In this document: positions 7,456 through 16,532 of the stretch, piece after piece
Layout: each line of letters begins with the position of its first letter
Position numbering within the stretch: the stretch's first letter is position 1
NCBI GenBank assembly: GCA_027623355.1
Contig: JAQBWB010000001.1
Span: 1 to 36,984 of the forward strand
Source: Nanobdellota archaeon
GTDB taxonomy: Archaea; Nanobdellota; Nanobdellia; Woesearchaeales; JACPBV01
Direction: 5' to 3'
DNA length: 36,984 bases
Program-made: the position numbers and the translations under genes
Notes under the pieces: generated by a model
Told to the model about the DNA's origin: nothing
The model's input: the letters and a program-made list of their open reading frames with translations, nothing else
Database searches by the model: none

Positions 7456-9398
7456 GTAAACCACTTGAGATGAGCAAGGTTACGCTTTTTGCTCTGCAGA
7501 AAGAGAGGAGTTCTTTATTAAGCGAGATTCAGTCCTTAGGAGTATTGCAACCGGTTGAGATTAAGCGCGATGCAGTCGAGGAATTAGAGAAACCTAAACA
7601 GATTACCTCGATAAAGGAGGTTGCCGATACATTGATTGGTGTCTCTCGAATGGTTCGTATTTTGAAGTTGGCTCCTAGAAAAACTGACATGGTTCAAAAT
7701 GTTTTGGGCTTAGAATTATTAGACAAAAGAAAGGTTGAGAGGAAAAATGATGCTGAAGTTATCAAAGGTGCTCAAACATTTTTAGAGGCCCATGAAACTT
7801 CATTAATTACGCTTGAGATCGAATATACTACTCTTGTTGAGGAGGAAGATGAGTTGAATACTCATAAACAAGTTATTGAACAGCTTTCTGCTTTAGGCGT
7901 TCCGTTATCTGAACTTGCGGATACGGACAAACTGGGCATTCTTATTGCTCGAGTTCCCGTTGAACAGGCTGCAGTTCTTAGGACTGCCTTGGAATCGAAA
8001 AAGACGGTTGCATTTGAGATGAATGCACTTTCTAAAAAGGAATATATAGTTACCCTTATTTCTTTACAGCGATTATTACTTGATTCCACTACTTTATTGA
8101 AACAGCAGGGGGCTTCAATTCTTAGCTTACCTACATGGGCTTTAAAGGAGCATCCCGGTAGGTACATTAAGTCTCAATTGACCGAGGTTAGCGATAAGAA
8201 AAAGGCAGTTATTGAAAGAATCGCTAAACATGCTAAGTCGCTATTCGAGGATGCCGTTATTTTTAGAGAGGAGTTGGAGATTGTTAAGAATAGATTGGAA
8301 ACGGTGCATAAGATGCTTGATTCTTCTAGCTTTTTTGTGATGCAGGGATGGATTGCTACTAAAGACGCAAATCATTTTGAGGAGAAGATAACGAAAAAGA
8401 TTGATGCGGTTAGTGTGCTTGTGGAGGAACCTTCTAAGGATGATGTTGTGCCAGTAGCATTACAAAACAGGAAATCTTTGAAACCGTTTGAGATGCTTAC
8501 AGAACTTTATGCATTGCCAAAATATGGTGATTTAGATCCTACTTTTATTGTTGGTCCTTTATTCTTGATTTTTGCAGCATTCATGTTGACGGATGCAGTG
8601 TATGGATTAGGACTCGTATTACTTGGAGCCATTATTCTAAAGAAATTTGCAAAATATGATGAAGGATTGAAGCAGATTGGTATTATTATTGCTGGAATGG
8701 GTAGTTTGACTGTTTTATTCGGGGTATTAACCGGATCGTACTTTGGTGATTTACCTAAGTATTTCTTTGGTGTATCGTCTGAACAGCTTGCATTTTGGAA
8801 AGATCCTCTTGCTGATCCGTTGTATTTTCTGATTTTATCTATTTCGGTTGCGATCCTTTACTTGAACATTGGTTTCGTTCTTGGTATGATGGAGGATTTG
8901 CGCAAGAAGGATTACAAAACGATGGTTAAGGACAGAATATTATGGTTTTTGTTGCAAATTGGTATTGCTTTGCTTGTTTTGAAGTTTAATCCTCCTCTTT
9001 TATTTGGTGTGGGTTTAGCTACCTTGATTATTGCTGCTGCGGTGATTGGAATAGTTGTGATGCATGGTCCGCTTGGTTTACTAGGAATCTCTGGATTAAT
9101 GGGCGATATGATATCGTTTTCTAGATTATTTGCGTTGTCGTTATCAACAGCAGGCATTGCACTTGCGGTTAACTTGCTTGCTAACTTAGTAAGTGAGGTT
9201 CCTTATGTGGGTTTATTACTAGCCGTACTTATCTTTTTGATTGGTCACGCATTTGGTTTTGTTATGAACTCTATTGGAAGTTTTGTACACGCGTTACGAT
9301 TGCAATTTGTTGAATTTTTCGGTAGATTTTATGAGGGTGGCGGAGATAAATTTTCGCCACTAAAAGAGGAACGCTTCTATTCGGAGGTCGAGGAATGA
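7452..9398 (+). CDS. atpI: A-type ATP synthase subunit I (stator a-subunit homolog)
   Basis: 648 aa with a soluble N-terminal half and a polytopic C-terminal half that includes the conserved Arg region (FSRLFALSLS). ATGA overlap with atpH. Confidence 0.9.
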   Translation: MSKPLEMSKVTLFALQKERSSLLSEIQSLGVLQPVEIKRDAVEELEKPKQITSIKEVADTLIGVSRMVRILKLAPRKTDMVQNVLGLELLDKRKVERKNDAEVIKGAQTFLEAHETSLITLEIEYTTLVEEEDELNTHKQVIEQLSALGVPLSELADTDKLGILIARVPVEQAAVLRTALESKKTVAFEMNALSKKEYIVTLISLQRLLLDSTTLLKQQGASILSLPTWALKEHPGRYIKSQLTEVSDKKKAVIERIAKHAKSLFEDAVIFREELEIVKNRLETVHKMLDSSSFFVMQGWIATKDANHFEEKITKKIDAVSVLVEEPSKDDVVPVALQNRKSLKPFEMLTELYALPKYGDLDPTFIVGPLFLIFAAFMLTDAVYGLGLVLLGAIILKKFAKYDEGLKQIGIIIAGMGSLTVLFGVLTGSYFGDLPKYFFGVSSEQLAFWKDPLADPLYFLILSISVAILYLNIGFVLGMMEDLRKKDYKTMVKDRILWFLLQIGIALLVLKFNPPLLFGVGLATLIIAAAVIGIVVMHGPLGLLGISGLMGDMISFSRLFALSLSTAGIALAVNLLANLVSEVPYVGLLLAVLIFLIGHAFGFVMNSIGSFVHALRLQFVEFFGRFYEGGGDKFSPLKEERFYSEVEE

Positions 9399-12300
9399 TT
9401 TTCGGTAGTGGACTTGTTGTTAGTGAAAGTATCGTTCAATCGATCTTAAGTCCGGTTTTGGATATTTCTACTACTGTTTCTACTGGAGGGGTTGCTAATG
9501 CAACTGCTACTGTACTTACTAATGCTTCGGCAGTACTTGTTGAACATAGCTCTACGTTTTTGGGTCTTGATTTTTCTGGTATTGATGGAAAATCACTTGC
9601 GATTATTGGTGCTGCTATTGCTGTTAGTGCCGCTGGTATTGCATCTGCGGTTGGAGCTGGGATTGTGGGTGCTACTGGAGCTAAGGAGGCCGCTGAGGAT
9701 CCTAAGCGCTTTTCTACTGCTTTATTGTTTCAGGCATTGCCTCAGACACAAGGTATTTATGGATTTTTGATTGCTATTCTTATTTTATTGGGTGCTGGAT
9801 TGATTGGTGCTGCTAAGGAGATTACGATTGCACAGGGACTTGGTTCGGTTGGAGCTGGATTGGCTGTTGGAATCGCTTCTGTTTCTGCTATTGGGCAGGG
9901 TCTCGCTGCATCAGCTGGTATCGGTGCTACCTCTCGTGATAAAAAGATGTTTGGTAAATCTATTCTGTTTTCAGTCTTGCCGGAGACACAGGCATTGTAT
10001 GGATTTTTGATTGCTATTTTGATACTCGTTGGCTTTGGTATGTTTGGTTCGGCTCCCGTTGACATTTCTATTGGTGCTGGTTGGGCTGCTATAGGTGCAG
10101 GTCTTGCTATTGGGATTGCAGGTATTTCTGCTATTGGGCAGGGTACTGCTGCTGCATCTGCTATTGGTGCTGTTTTAGAAAAATCAAAATCTTTTGGAAA
10201 GGCTATTATTTTTGCAGTATTACCTGAGACACAGGCATTGTATGGATTCATTATCGCTATTCTTATTTTAATTGGATTTGGTATTCTTGGTGCTGGAACA
10301 ACAACTGTTTCGTTTGGAGTTGCCTTATTTGCTATTGGTGCAGGTTTATCGGTTGGACTAGGTGCTGTTTCTGCTATTGGGCAGGGTATTGCTGCTAGTG
10401 CTGGTATTGAAGCTGTTGCTAAGAGTGATAAGTCGTTTGGAAAGGCTATTTTGTTTTCAGTCTTACCGGAAACACAGGCATTGTATGGTTTTTTGATTGC
10501 TATTTTGTTGTTAGTTGGCGCTGGCGTATTAGGTGCCGCTAAGGCAGGTATTACTACAGCTATGGGGGTTGTTGCTATTGGTGCTGGCCTTGCTGCAGGA
10601 GTTGCTGGTATTTCTGCTATTGGGCAGGGAATTGCTGCTGCATCTGGAATTTCTGTTGTTACTGCGAAACCTAAATTGTTTGGAAAAGCTATACTTTTTT
10701 CAGTCTTGCCGGAGACACAGGCATTGTATGGATTTTTGATTGCTATTCTTTTACTTGTTGGAGGCGGTATTTTGGGTGCTGCAAAAGCAGGATTATCTAT
10801 TCACGTTGGTTTAATTGCTATTGGTGCTGGTTTGGCAACTGGACTTGCTGCTGTATCTGCATTAGGTCAGGGGATTGCTGCTAGCGCGGGTATCGAAGCT
10901 GTTGGTCGAGATGAGAAGTCTTTTGGTAAGTCGATTTTATTTTCGGTTCTTCCTGAGACACAGGCATTGTATGGATTTTTGATTGCTATTTTATTATTAG
11001 TTGGAGGCGGTTTATTAGGGGCTGTTAAGACAGGATTGAACATGTCTGTTGGCTTGATTGCTATTGGTTCTGGATTGGCAACTGGACTTGCTGCTGTATC
11101 TGCATTAGGTCAGGGGATTGCTGCTGCATCTGGATTGCGTGAAACTGCTAAGGATCCTAAGGCTTTTGGTAAGTCGATTTTGTTTTCAGTCTTGCCGGAG
11201 ACACAGGCATTGTATGGATTTTTGATTGCTATTTTATTATTAGTTGGTGGAGGTATCCTTGGAGGTAACTCTTCAAGTGGTTTAACCTCTGGAGTTGGTC
11301 TTGTTGGAATTGGAGCAGGTATTGCTGTTGGTTTAGCTGCAGTTTCAGCTATCGGACAGGGTATTGCTGCTGCAAGTGGTGTTAGTGCTACTGCTAAAGA
11401 TGGTAAGATGTTTGGAAAATCTATTTTGTTTTCAGTCTTGCCTGAAACTCAGGCATTGTATGGATTTTTGATTGCTGTTTTATTTATGATTGGAGGAGGA
11501 TTATTTGGTGCTGTAGAGGTTGGCATTACCACTCCGGTTGGACTTATTGTTATTGGAGCTAGCTTAGCTGTTGGGATTGCAGGTATTTCTGCTATTGGAC
11601 AGGGTATTGCTGCGGCTTCTGGAATTGATGCTGTTGCTAAAAATGAGAAGTCGTTTGGAAAGGCTATTTTGTTTTCAGTCTTGCCGGAAACACAGGCATT
11701 GTATGGATTCTTAGTTGCTATTCTTTTATTAGTTGGAGGAGGATTATTAGGAGCAGTTAAACAGGGCATTAGCTTATCTGTTGGATTGGTTGCGATTGGG
11801 GCTGGTTTATCGGCTGGACTTGCTGCTGTATCTGCATTAGGACAGGGTTTCGCTGCTTCGGCTGGATTAGCAGCTACTGCACGTAATCCTAAATCTTTTG
11901 GTAAGTCGATACTCTTTTCAGTTCTTCCTGAAACTCAGGCTTTGTATGGATTTTTGATTGCTATTTTATTATTAGTTGGTGGCGGTATCTTAGGTGCAAC
12001 AAGCACTGGATTGTCTGTAGGTATTGGTTTAGTTGCGGTTGGAGCTGGATTAGCAGTTGGATTGAGTGCGTTCTCTGCTGTTGGGCAGGGGATTGTTGCT
12101 AGTACTGCTGCGGATGTTGTTAGTAACAACGAGAAGTCTTTTGGTAAGTCGATTCTATTTTCAGTACTGCCTGAAACACAGGCATTGTATGGATTTTTGA
12201 TTGCTATTTTGTTGATTGCATCAGGTGGATTGATTGGTGCTGCAGCTGGCGAGATTCCGATGTCTATTGGTTTAGTTGCGGTTGGAGCAGGACTTTCTGT

Positions 12301-12724
12301 TGGAATTGCCGGCTTATCGGCTGTTGGACAGGGAATTGCTGCTGCTTCTGGTGTCGGATCGATTGCTGAAAAAGAGAATGTCTTTGGTAAATCTATTTTG
12401 TTTTCAGTCTTGCCGGAGACACAGGCATTGTATGGAATTATTATTGCGGTGTTATTATTAACTGGAGTCGGTTTACTAGGTACTTTGAAGACCGGCATTA
12501 CACTAGTACAGGGATTAGGGGGAGTTGGTGTAGGACTTACCATGGGACTTGCAGCAGTTAGTGCTGTGGGTCAGGGAATAGTGTCTGCTTCATCGATTGG
12601 TGGGGTGGTTAGAGACAATAAGAGTACGGGGAAGAGCTTGGTATTAAGCGTTATTCCCGAGACGTATGCAATATTTGGATTATTGATAGCAATACTTTTG
12701 CTTATTGGATTACAACTGATATAG
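9395..12724 (+). CDS. atpK: A-type ATP synthase proteolipid subunit K, 13 fused hairpins (26 predicted TM helices)
   Basis: The motif GQG...FGK(S/A)ILFSVLPETQALYGF repeats at an 81-aa period. Helix-2 carboxylates are E197, 278, 359, 440, 521, 602, 684, 765, 846, 927, 1008 and 1089. Hairpin 1 has Q117 instead. ATGA overlap with atpI. Confidence 0.9.
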   Translation: MIFGSGLVVSESIVQSILSPVLDISTTVSTGGVANATATVLTNASAVLVEHSSTFLGLDFSGIDGKSLAIIGAAIAVSAAGIASAVGAGIVGATGAKEAAEDPKRFSTALLFQALPQTQGIYGFLIAILILLGAGLIGAAKEITIAQGLGSVGAGLAVGIASVSAIGQGLAASAGIGATSRDKKMFGKSILFSVLPETQALYGFLIAILILVGFGMFGSAPVDISIGAGWAAIGAGLAIGIAGISAIGQGTAAASAIGAVLEKSKSFGKAIIFAVLPETQALYGFIIAILILIGFGILGAGTTTVSFGVALFAIGAGLSVGLGAVSAIGQGIAASAGIEAVAKSDKSFGKAILFSVLPETQALYGFLIAILLLVGAGVLGAAKAGITTAMGVVAIGAGLAAGVAGISAIGQGIAAASGISVVTAKPKLFGKAILFSVLPETQALYGFLIAILLLVGGGILGAAKAGLSIHVGLIAIGAGLATGLAAVSALGQGIAASAGIEAVGRDEKSFGKSILFSVLPETQALYGFLIAILLLVGGGLLGAVKTGLNMSVGLIAIGSGLATGLAAVSALGQGIAAASGLRETAKDPKAFGKSILFSVLPETQALYGFLIAILLLVGGGILGGNSSSGLTSGVGLVGIGAGIAVGLAAVSAIGQGIAAASGVSATAKDGKMFGKSILFSVLPETQALYGFLIAVLFMIGGGLFGAVEVGITTPVGLIVIGASLAVGIAGISAIGQGIAAASGIDAVAKNEKSFGKAILFSVLPETQALYGFLVAILLLVGGGLLGAVKQGISLSVGLVAIGAGLSAGLAAVSALGQGFAASAGLAATARNPKSFGKSILFSVLPETQALYGFLIAILLLVGGGILGATSTGLSVGIGLVAVGAGLAVGLSAFSAVGQGIVASTAADVVSNNEKSFGKSILFSVLPETQALYGFLIAILLIASGGLIGAAAGEIPMSIGLVAVGAGLSVGIAGLSAVGQGIAAASGVGSIAEKENVFGKSILFSVLPETQALYGIIIAVLLLTGVGLLGTLKTGITLVQGLGGVGVGLTMGLAAVSAVGQGIVSASSIGGVVRDNKSTGKSLVLSVIPETYAIFGLLIAILLLIGLQLI
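9587..12721 (+). repeat. 13 in-frame tandem units of about 243 nt, one proteolipid hairpin each
   Basis: Regular 80-82 codon spacing of the PET motif. Several units share identical stretches of 40 nt or more, such as ttttcagtcttgccggagacacaggcattgtatggatttttgattgctatt. Confidence 0.9.
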
Positions 12725-13288
12725 GTGATGACAATGAACGGCGCTGAAAACATAAAAAAAGAAATGCTTGAAGAAGCACAACAGGAAGTTGAAAAGATAC
12801 AAAAAGAGGTAGCCGAGAAAATCGATGTCTTGAAGAAAGAACATGGATCTATTAGAGATGCCTATGAAACGCAACGCAAGCATGAGATTGCTCGAGCTGC
12901 TGCATTATTAACCGATAAAACCTTGGCTCGAACTAGGTTACAGGTTAAGAGAAATTACCTGATTGAACGAGAAAAGGTTGTTGAAAGCATTGTTAAGAGT
13001 GCTAGTAAGGTAAGCCATAGCGATAAGGTGTATCAGAACTACCTCAAGGCGCTTGTTAATGAACATGTTGGAAGTTTGAAGGGTAAGATTACTATTCATT
13101 GTAATAGTAAGGATGTTTCATATGTTAGTGGTCTTGTTGACGGGATTGCGGTTGAAGAAGCGGACATTGATGGAGGTATCATTGTTGAAAATGATGCTGG
13201 TAAAAAGATTAATGAATCTTTCTTGGAGTCAATTGAGAGAAGAATGGATATGGTTCGAGAGGTTGTTGTTAAGCACTTAGGAAAATGA
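12725..13288 (+). CDS. atpE: A-type ATP synthase subunit E
   Basis: Charged coiled-coil N-terminus and globular C-terminus, about 185 aa, in the operon position after K. The start is ambiguous: GTG 12725, ATG 12728 or ATG 12734. Confidence 0.85.
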   Translation: MMTMNGAENIKKEMLEEAQQEVEKIQKEVAEKIDVLKKEHGSIRDAYETQRKHEIARAAALLTDKTLARTRLQVKRNYLIEREKVVESIVKSASKVSHSDKVYQNYLKALVNEHVGSLKGKITIHCNSKDVSYVSGLVDGIAVEEADIDGGIIVENDAGKKINESFLESIERRMDMVREVVVKHLGK

Positions 13289-14319
13289 TTGATGTTACCG
13301 TACCTTTAGTTGTTGGCGGCGCTGCGGTAGCTGGGCTTGTAGTCATCGCGCCGATAACGAAGTATGCATTGGATATGTATCCTTACTTGTATGCTAACAC
13401 GCGTTGTGCTAGTCGTGCTGGGTTGTTGTTAACGAAGAAGCACTACGATGATTTATTGGGTGCTGGTTCGATTGAGGAAGTCTATGGTGGACTGGAAGAT
13501 AGTTCATATGCATCAATAGTCGAACATCATAAAGACTTTTTTTCATTTTCACGTGGCTTGGAGCAGGATTATGTTGAAACCTTATCCTGGATTCAGGAGA
13601 TTAGTCCTAACACGGTTAAGGGTGTTGTATCGGCATTGCAGAAACGCTCTGAAATTAATACGTTAAAGGAAATTATGGGTAATTTGAAGAATAAGAAGGA
13701 GTTGCCTTCTTTGGTTGGTATTGCTGATGCTACACTTCGGGTAAGGATTGAGGGAATCAAGGATATGCAGGGCTTTCAGGTAGCTTTAGAAGGAAGTGTG
13801 TATGGTGAGTTGCTTGCGAGTATTGATTTAGAGAGAATGGCCGAGATTAATACGTCATTAGATCGTTTCTATCTAGAGCAGTTGCAGGATGCTATCTCTA
13901 GTGTAAAAGATAGTGATGTCAAAAGTGCGTTTCTTACCTATGTTACCGTTCTTATTGATTTATTTAATGTTCGCCTTGCGTTAAGGAGTAGTGGGCAGGT
14001 GAGCTATTTGGAAGGTGGGGTGCTCGATTCTGAGGCTTTGGCTTCTGCCGCAGATAATACTCAACTTGAATCGGTGTTTAGTGCTAGTGTGTATGGTGAA
14101 GGGATGAGTGGGTTTTCTCTTACAAAGCTAGAGCAGGCTTTTATTTCTTACCTTCAAAAACAGGCGGAGATTATTGGAGTTAAATATAATCTGAAGGCTG
14201 GGATGTTGTTACGTTATTTAATTCACAAAGAAATTGAGATTAGAAATGTGAATGCGTTGGTTAAATTAAAATCTGAGGGATTTGATGCTGAAGAAATCAG
14301 ATCGTATGTGGTGGTTTAG
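13285..14319 (+). CDS. atpC: A-type ATP synthase subunit C (V-type d homolog)
   Basis: 344-aa helical protein in the operon position between E and F. ATGA overlap with atpE. Confidence 0.85.
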   Translation: MIDVTVPLVVGGAAVAGLVVIAPITKYALDMYPYLYANTRCASRAGLLLTKKHYDDLLGAGSIEEVYGGLEDSSYASIVEHHKDFFSFSRGLEQDYVETLSWIQEISPNTVKGVVSALQKRSEINTLKEIMGNLKNKKELPSLVGIADATLRVRIEGIKDMQGFQVALEGSVYGELLASIDLERMAEINTSLDRFYLEQLQDAISSVKDSDVKSAFLTYVTVLIDLFNVRLALRSSGQVSYLEGGVLDSEALASAADNTQLESVFSASVYGEGMSGFSLTKLEQAFISYLQKQAEIIGVKYNLKAGMLLRYLIHKEIEIRNVNALVKLKSEGFDAEEIRSYVVV

Positions 14320-14450
14320 ATGGAAATATCACTCAATGGGCATCTTCGAAATCCAGATTGTCTATTTGAAGGCTCTGTGGCCCGGATGGCACAACCCCTA
14401 CGACGAGCTGGCAGTCATTCATTGAAGGATTTCGACTTTAGGATGCTTGA
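14320..14450 (+). repeat. MITE-related structured intercistronic element, copy F (no TIRs)
   Basis: Shares catcttcgaaat..., cccgga.gg....acccc and atttcgac.ttaggatgct blocks with the MITE core. Helices 14346-14354/14427-14435, 14371-14375/14405-14409 and 14376-14379/14399-14402 are maintained. It also forms a 51-codon ORF, 14320-14475. Confidence 0.7.
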
Positions 14451-14465
14451 TTGGGAGATGATATC

Positions 14466-14759
14466 ATGGAAATAGGAATACTCGCGGATCAGGATACCTT
14501 GATGGGCTTTAGGGTAGCGGGAGTTACGCGAAGTGTGTTGTTTGATCTTGAAACGTTGAAGGAGGATTTGAAACAGCTGGATGATGTTGCTATTTTATTG
14601 GTTACTGAAAAAATAGGAATAGAAATTAGAAAATTAGATGTTACGATTTCACCTGTATTAGTTGGTGTACCTGATAAAGGTGGAAGTACAGGGAATGCGT
14701 TATTAGAGATTGCTAAACTTTACGAAGAGGCAATCGGTGTAAAACTCAAGGAAAAATAG
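14466..14759 (+). CDS. atpF: A-type ATP synthase subunit F
   Basis: MEIGILADQDTLMGFRVAGV is a typical F-subunit N-terminus. ATG 14466 is preferred over TTG 14451. Confidence 0.85.
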   Translation: MEIGILADQDTLMGFRVAGVTRSVLFDLETLKEDLKQLDDVAILLVTEKIGIEIRKLDVTISPVLVGVPDKGGSTGNALLEIAKLYEEAIGVKLKEK

Positions 14760-14771
14760 GAGGGATATGAT

Positions 14772-16532
14772 ATGGTAGAAGGAATAATTATTAAAATTTC
14801 AGGACCGGTTGTAGTCGCTAAAGACATGGCAGGTGTAAAGATGTATGAGGTGGTTAGAGTCGGTAACGAAGGCCTTATTGGCGAAGTTATTGAGCTCTTT
14901 AAAGATAGGGCTACGATCCAGGTCTATGAGGAGACTTCAGGTATGCAGCCAGGCGAGAAAGTTGTTTCGCAGGGTCAGTCGTTGTCTGTTGAATTAGGAC
15001 CGGGTATCATGGGTAATATCTATGATGGTATTATGAGACCGTTGAAACAGATTCAGAAAAAATCTGGTGCGTTCATGGCTCGTGGAATTGATGCTGATGC
15101 AATTGACCACAAGAAGAAGTGGAAGTTTGTGCCTTCGGCTAAAAAGGGTGACCAAGTTATAGGCGGACAGATTATTGGTGAGGTTGCAGAGACTTCAGCT
15201 GTTGTTCAGAAAATTATGATTCCCCCTCGAGTTTCGGGTGAAATTAAAAAAATTGTTAAGACTGGCGAGTATACAGTTACTGAGAGTATAGCTACTGTCG
15301 CTACACAGGATGGAGATGTTGAGGTACAGCTGTCACAGAAGTGGCCTGTTCGAAACCCACGTCCCGTTAAAAGTAAGGAAGAACCTACGATTCCTTTGAT
15401 TTCTGGTTTGCGTATCTTGGATACGTTTAATCCAGTTGCAAAGGGAGGTACTGCTGCTACGCCTGGTGCTTTTGGTACCGGTAAAACAGTAACTCAGCAG
15501 AGTCTTGCTAAATGGTGTAATGCAGATATTATTGTCTACATTGGCTGTGGTGAAAGAGGAAATGAGATGACGGATGTTCTTAAGACCTTTCCTGAATTGG
15601 TAGATCCACGATCTGGAAAGCCGTTACTTGAAAGAACGGTTATTATTGCTAATACCTCGAACATGCCCGTTGCCGCTAGAGAGGCTTCGGTCTACACCGG
15701 TATTACGATTGCTGAATATTTTCGAGATATGGGCTATGATGTTGCATTGATGGCTGATTCGACTTCACGATGGGCTGAAGCTATGCGTGAAATTTCATCT
15801 CGTCTAGAAGAGATGCCAGGTGAGGAGGGATACCCTGCTTATCTGTCAACTCGATTAAGTCAGTTCTATGAACGAGCTGGTCGTGTAACGCCGTTAGCTG
15901 GTGGTAATGGTTCAGTTACTATTATTGGGGCTATTAGTCCTCCCGGTGGAGACTTTTCGGAACCGGTGACACAGAATACGTTGCGTGTTAACAAAACGTT
16001 CTGGGCTTTGGATAAGAGTCTTGCTAGTAAAAGACACTTTCCAGCTATTAATTGGTTGACCTCGTATTCGTTGTATTTAGATACGGTAACGGACTGGTTT
16101 AATGAACATTCTGGTAGCGATTGGAGAGATCTTCGAGACAAGGCAATGGGATTATTGCAGAAAGAGGACCAGTTGCAGGAGATTGTGCAGTTGGTTGGTC
16201 CGGATGCACTTCCTGATAACGAGCGTGTTATTCTTGAGGTTACTAAAATGTTGCGAGAGGATTTCTTGCAGCAGAATGCGTTTCTCGAAGAAGATGCATA
16301 CTGTCCAATTGAGAAGCAGTACTTAATGCTGAAATTCATTCTTGAGTTTTATGATAGGGCTCAGGAAGCTTTGAAAAAGGGTGTTAAGACTGAGGCGATT
16401 GCTGGACTTGCTATTAAAGAAAGGATTGCTCGAATGAAAGAGGCTAAGAATGAGACATTCGGCGATCATTACAAGGAGTTGCAAGCTGAAATGAGCTCGC
16501 AGTTTTCAAAAGTTGGAGGGGATGCACAATGA
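14772..16532 (+). CDS. atpA: A-type ATP synthase catalytic subunit A
   Basis: P-loop [10 protein letters not shown], the non-homologous insertion region typical of A/V-type A subunits, and LAEYFRDMG. 586 aa, contiguous, no intein. Confidence 0.97.
   Translation: MVEGIIIKISGPVVVAKDMAGVKMYEVVRVGNEGLIGEVIELFKDRATIQVYEETSGMQPGEKVVSQGQSLSVELGPGIMGNIYDGIMRPLKQIQKKSGAFMARGIDADAIDHKKKWKFVPSAKKGDQVIGGQIIGEVAETSAVVQKIMIPPRVSGEIKKIVKTGEYTVTESIATVATQDGDVEVQLSQKWPVRNPRPVKSKEEPTIPLISGLRILDTFNPVAKGGTAATPGAFGTGKTVTQQSLAKWCNADIIVYIGCGERGNEMTDVLKTFPELVDPRSGKPLLERTVIIANTSNMPVAAREASVYTGITIAEYFRDMGYDVALMADSTSRWAEAMREISSRLEEMPGEEGYPAYLSTRLSQFYERAGRVTPLAGGNGSVTIIGAISPPGGDFSEPVTQNTLRVNKTFWALDKSLASKRHFPAINWLTSYSLYLDTVTDWFNEHSGSDWRDLRDKAMGLLQKEDQLQEIVQLVGPDALPDNERVILEVTKMLREDFLQQNAFLEEDAYCPIEKQYLMLKFILEFYDRAQEALKKGVKTEAIAGLAIKERIARMKEAKNETFGDHYKELQAEMSSQFSKVGGDAQ

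Noticed and set aside
9587-12721. Regular ~243-nt repeats as a possible CRISPR array or satellite
   Set aside because: The repeats are in frame, contiguous with no spacers, and encode canonical proteolipid hairpins within a translationally coupled ATP synthase operon.
9492-12753. Multiple sense-shifted and antisense ORFs inside atpK (for example 9757-10251 -, 11935-12543 -, 10533-10739 +)
   Set aside because: They are by-products of a Gly/Ala/Ile/Leu-rich tandem repeat that keeps several frames open. They repeat with the hairpin period and have no start signals.
14772-16532. Looked for an intein in atpA, as occurs in some archaeal A subunits
   Set aside because: The protein is 586 aa and collinear with standard A subunits. 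No Cys/Ser...HN junctions interrupt conserved motifs.
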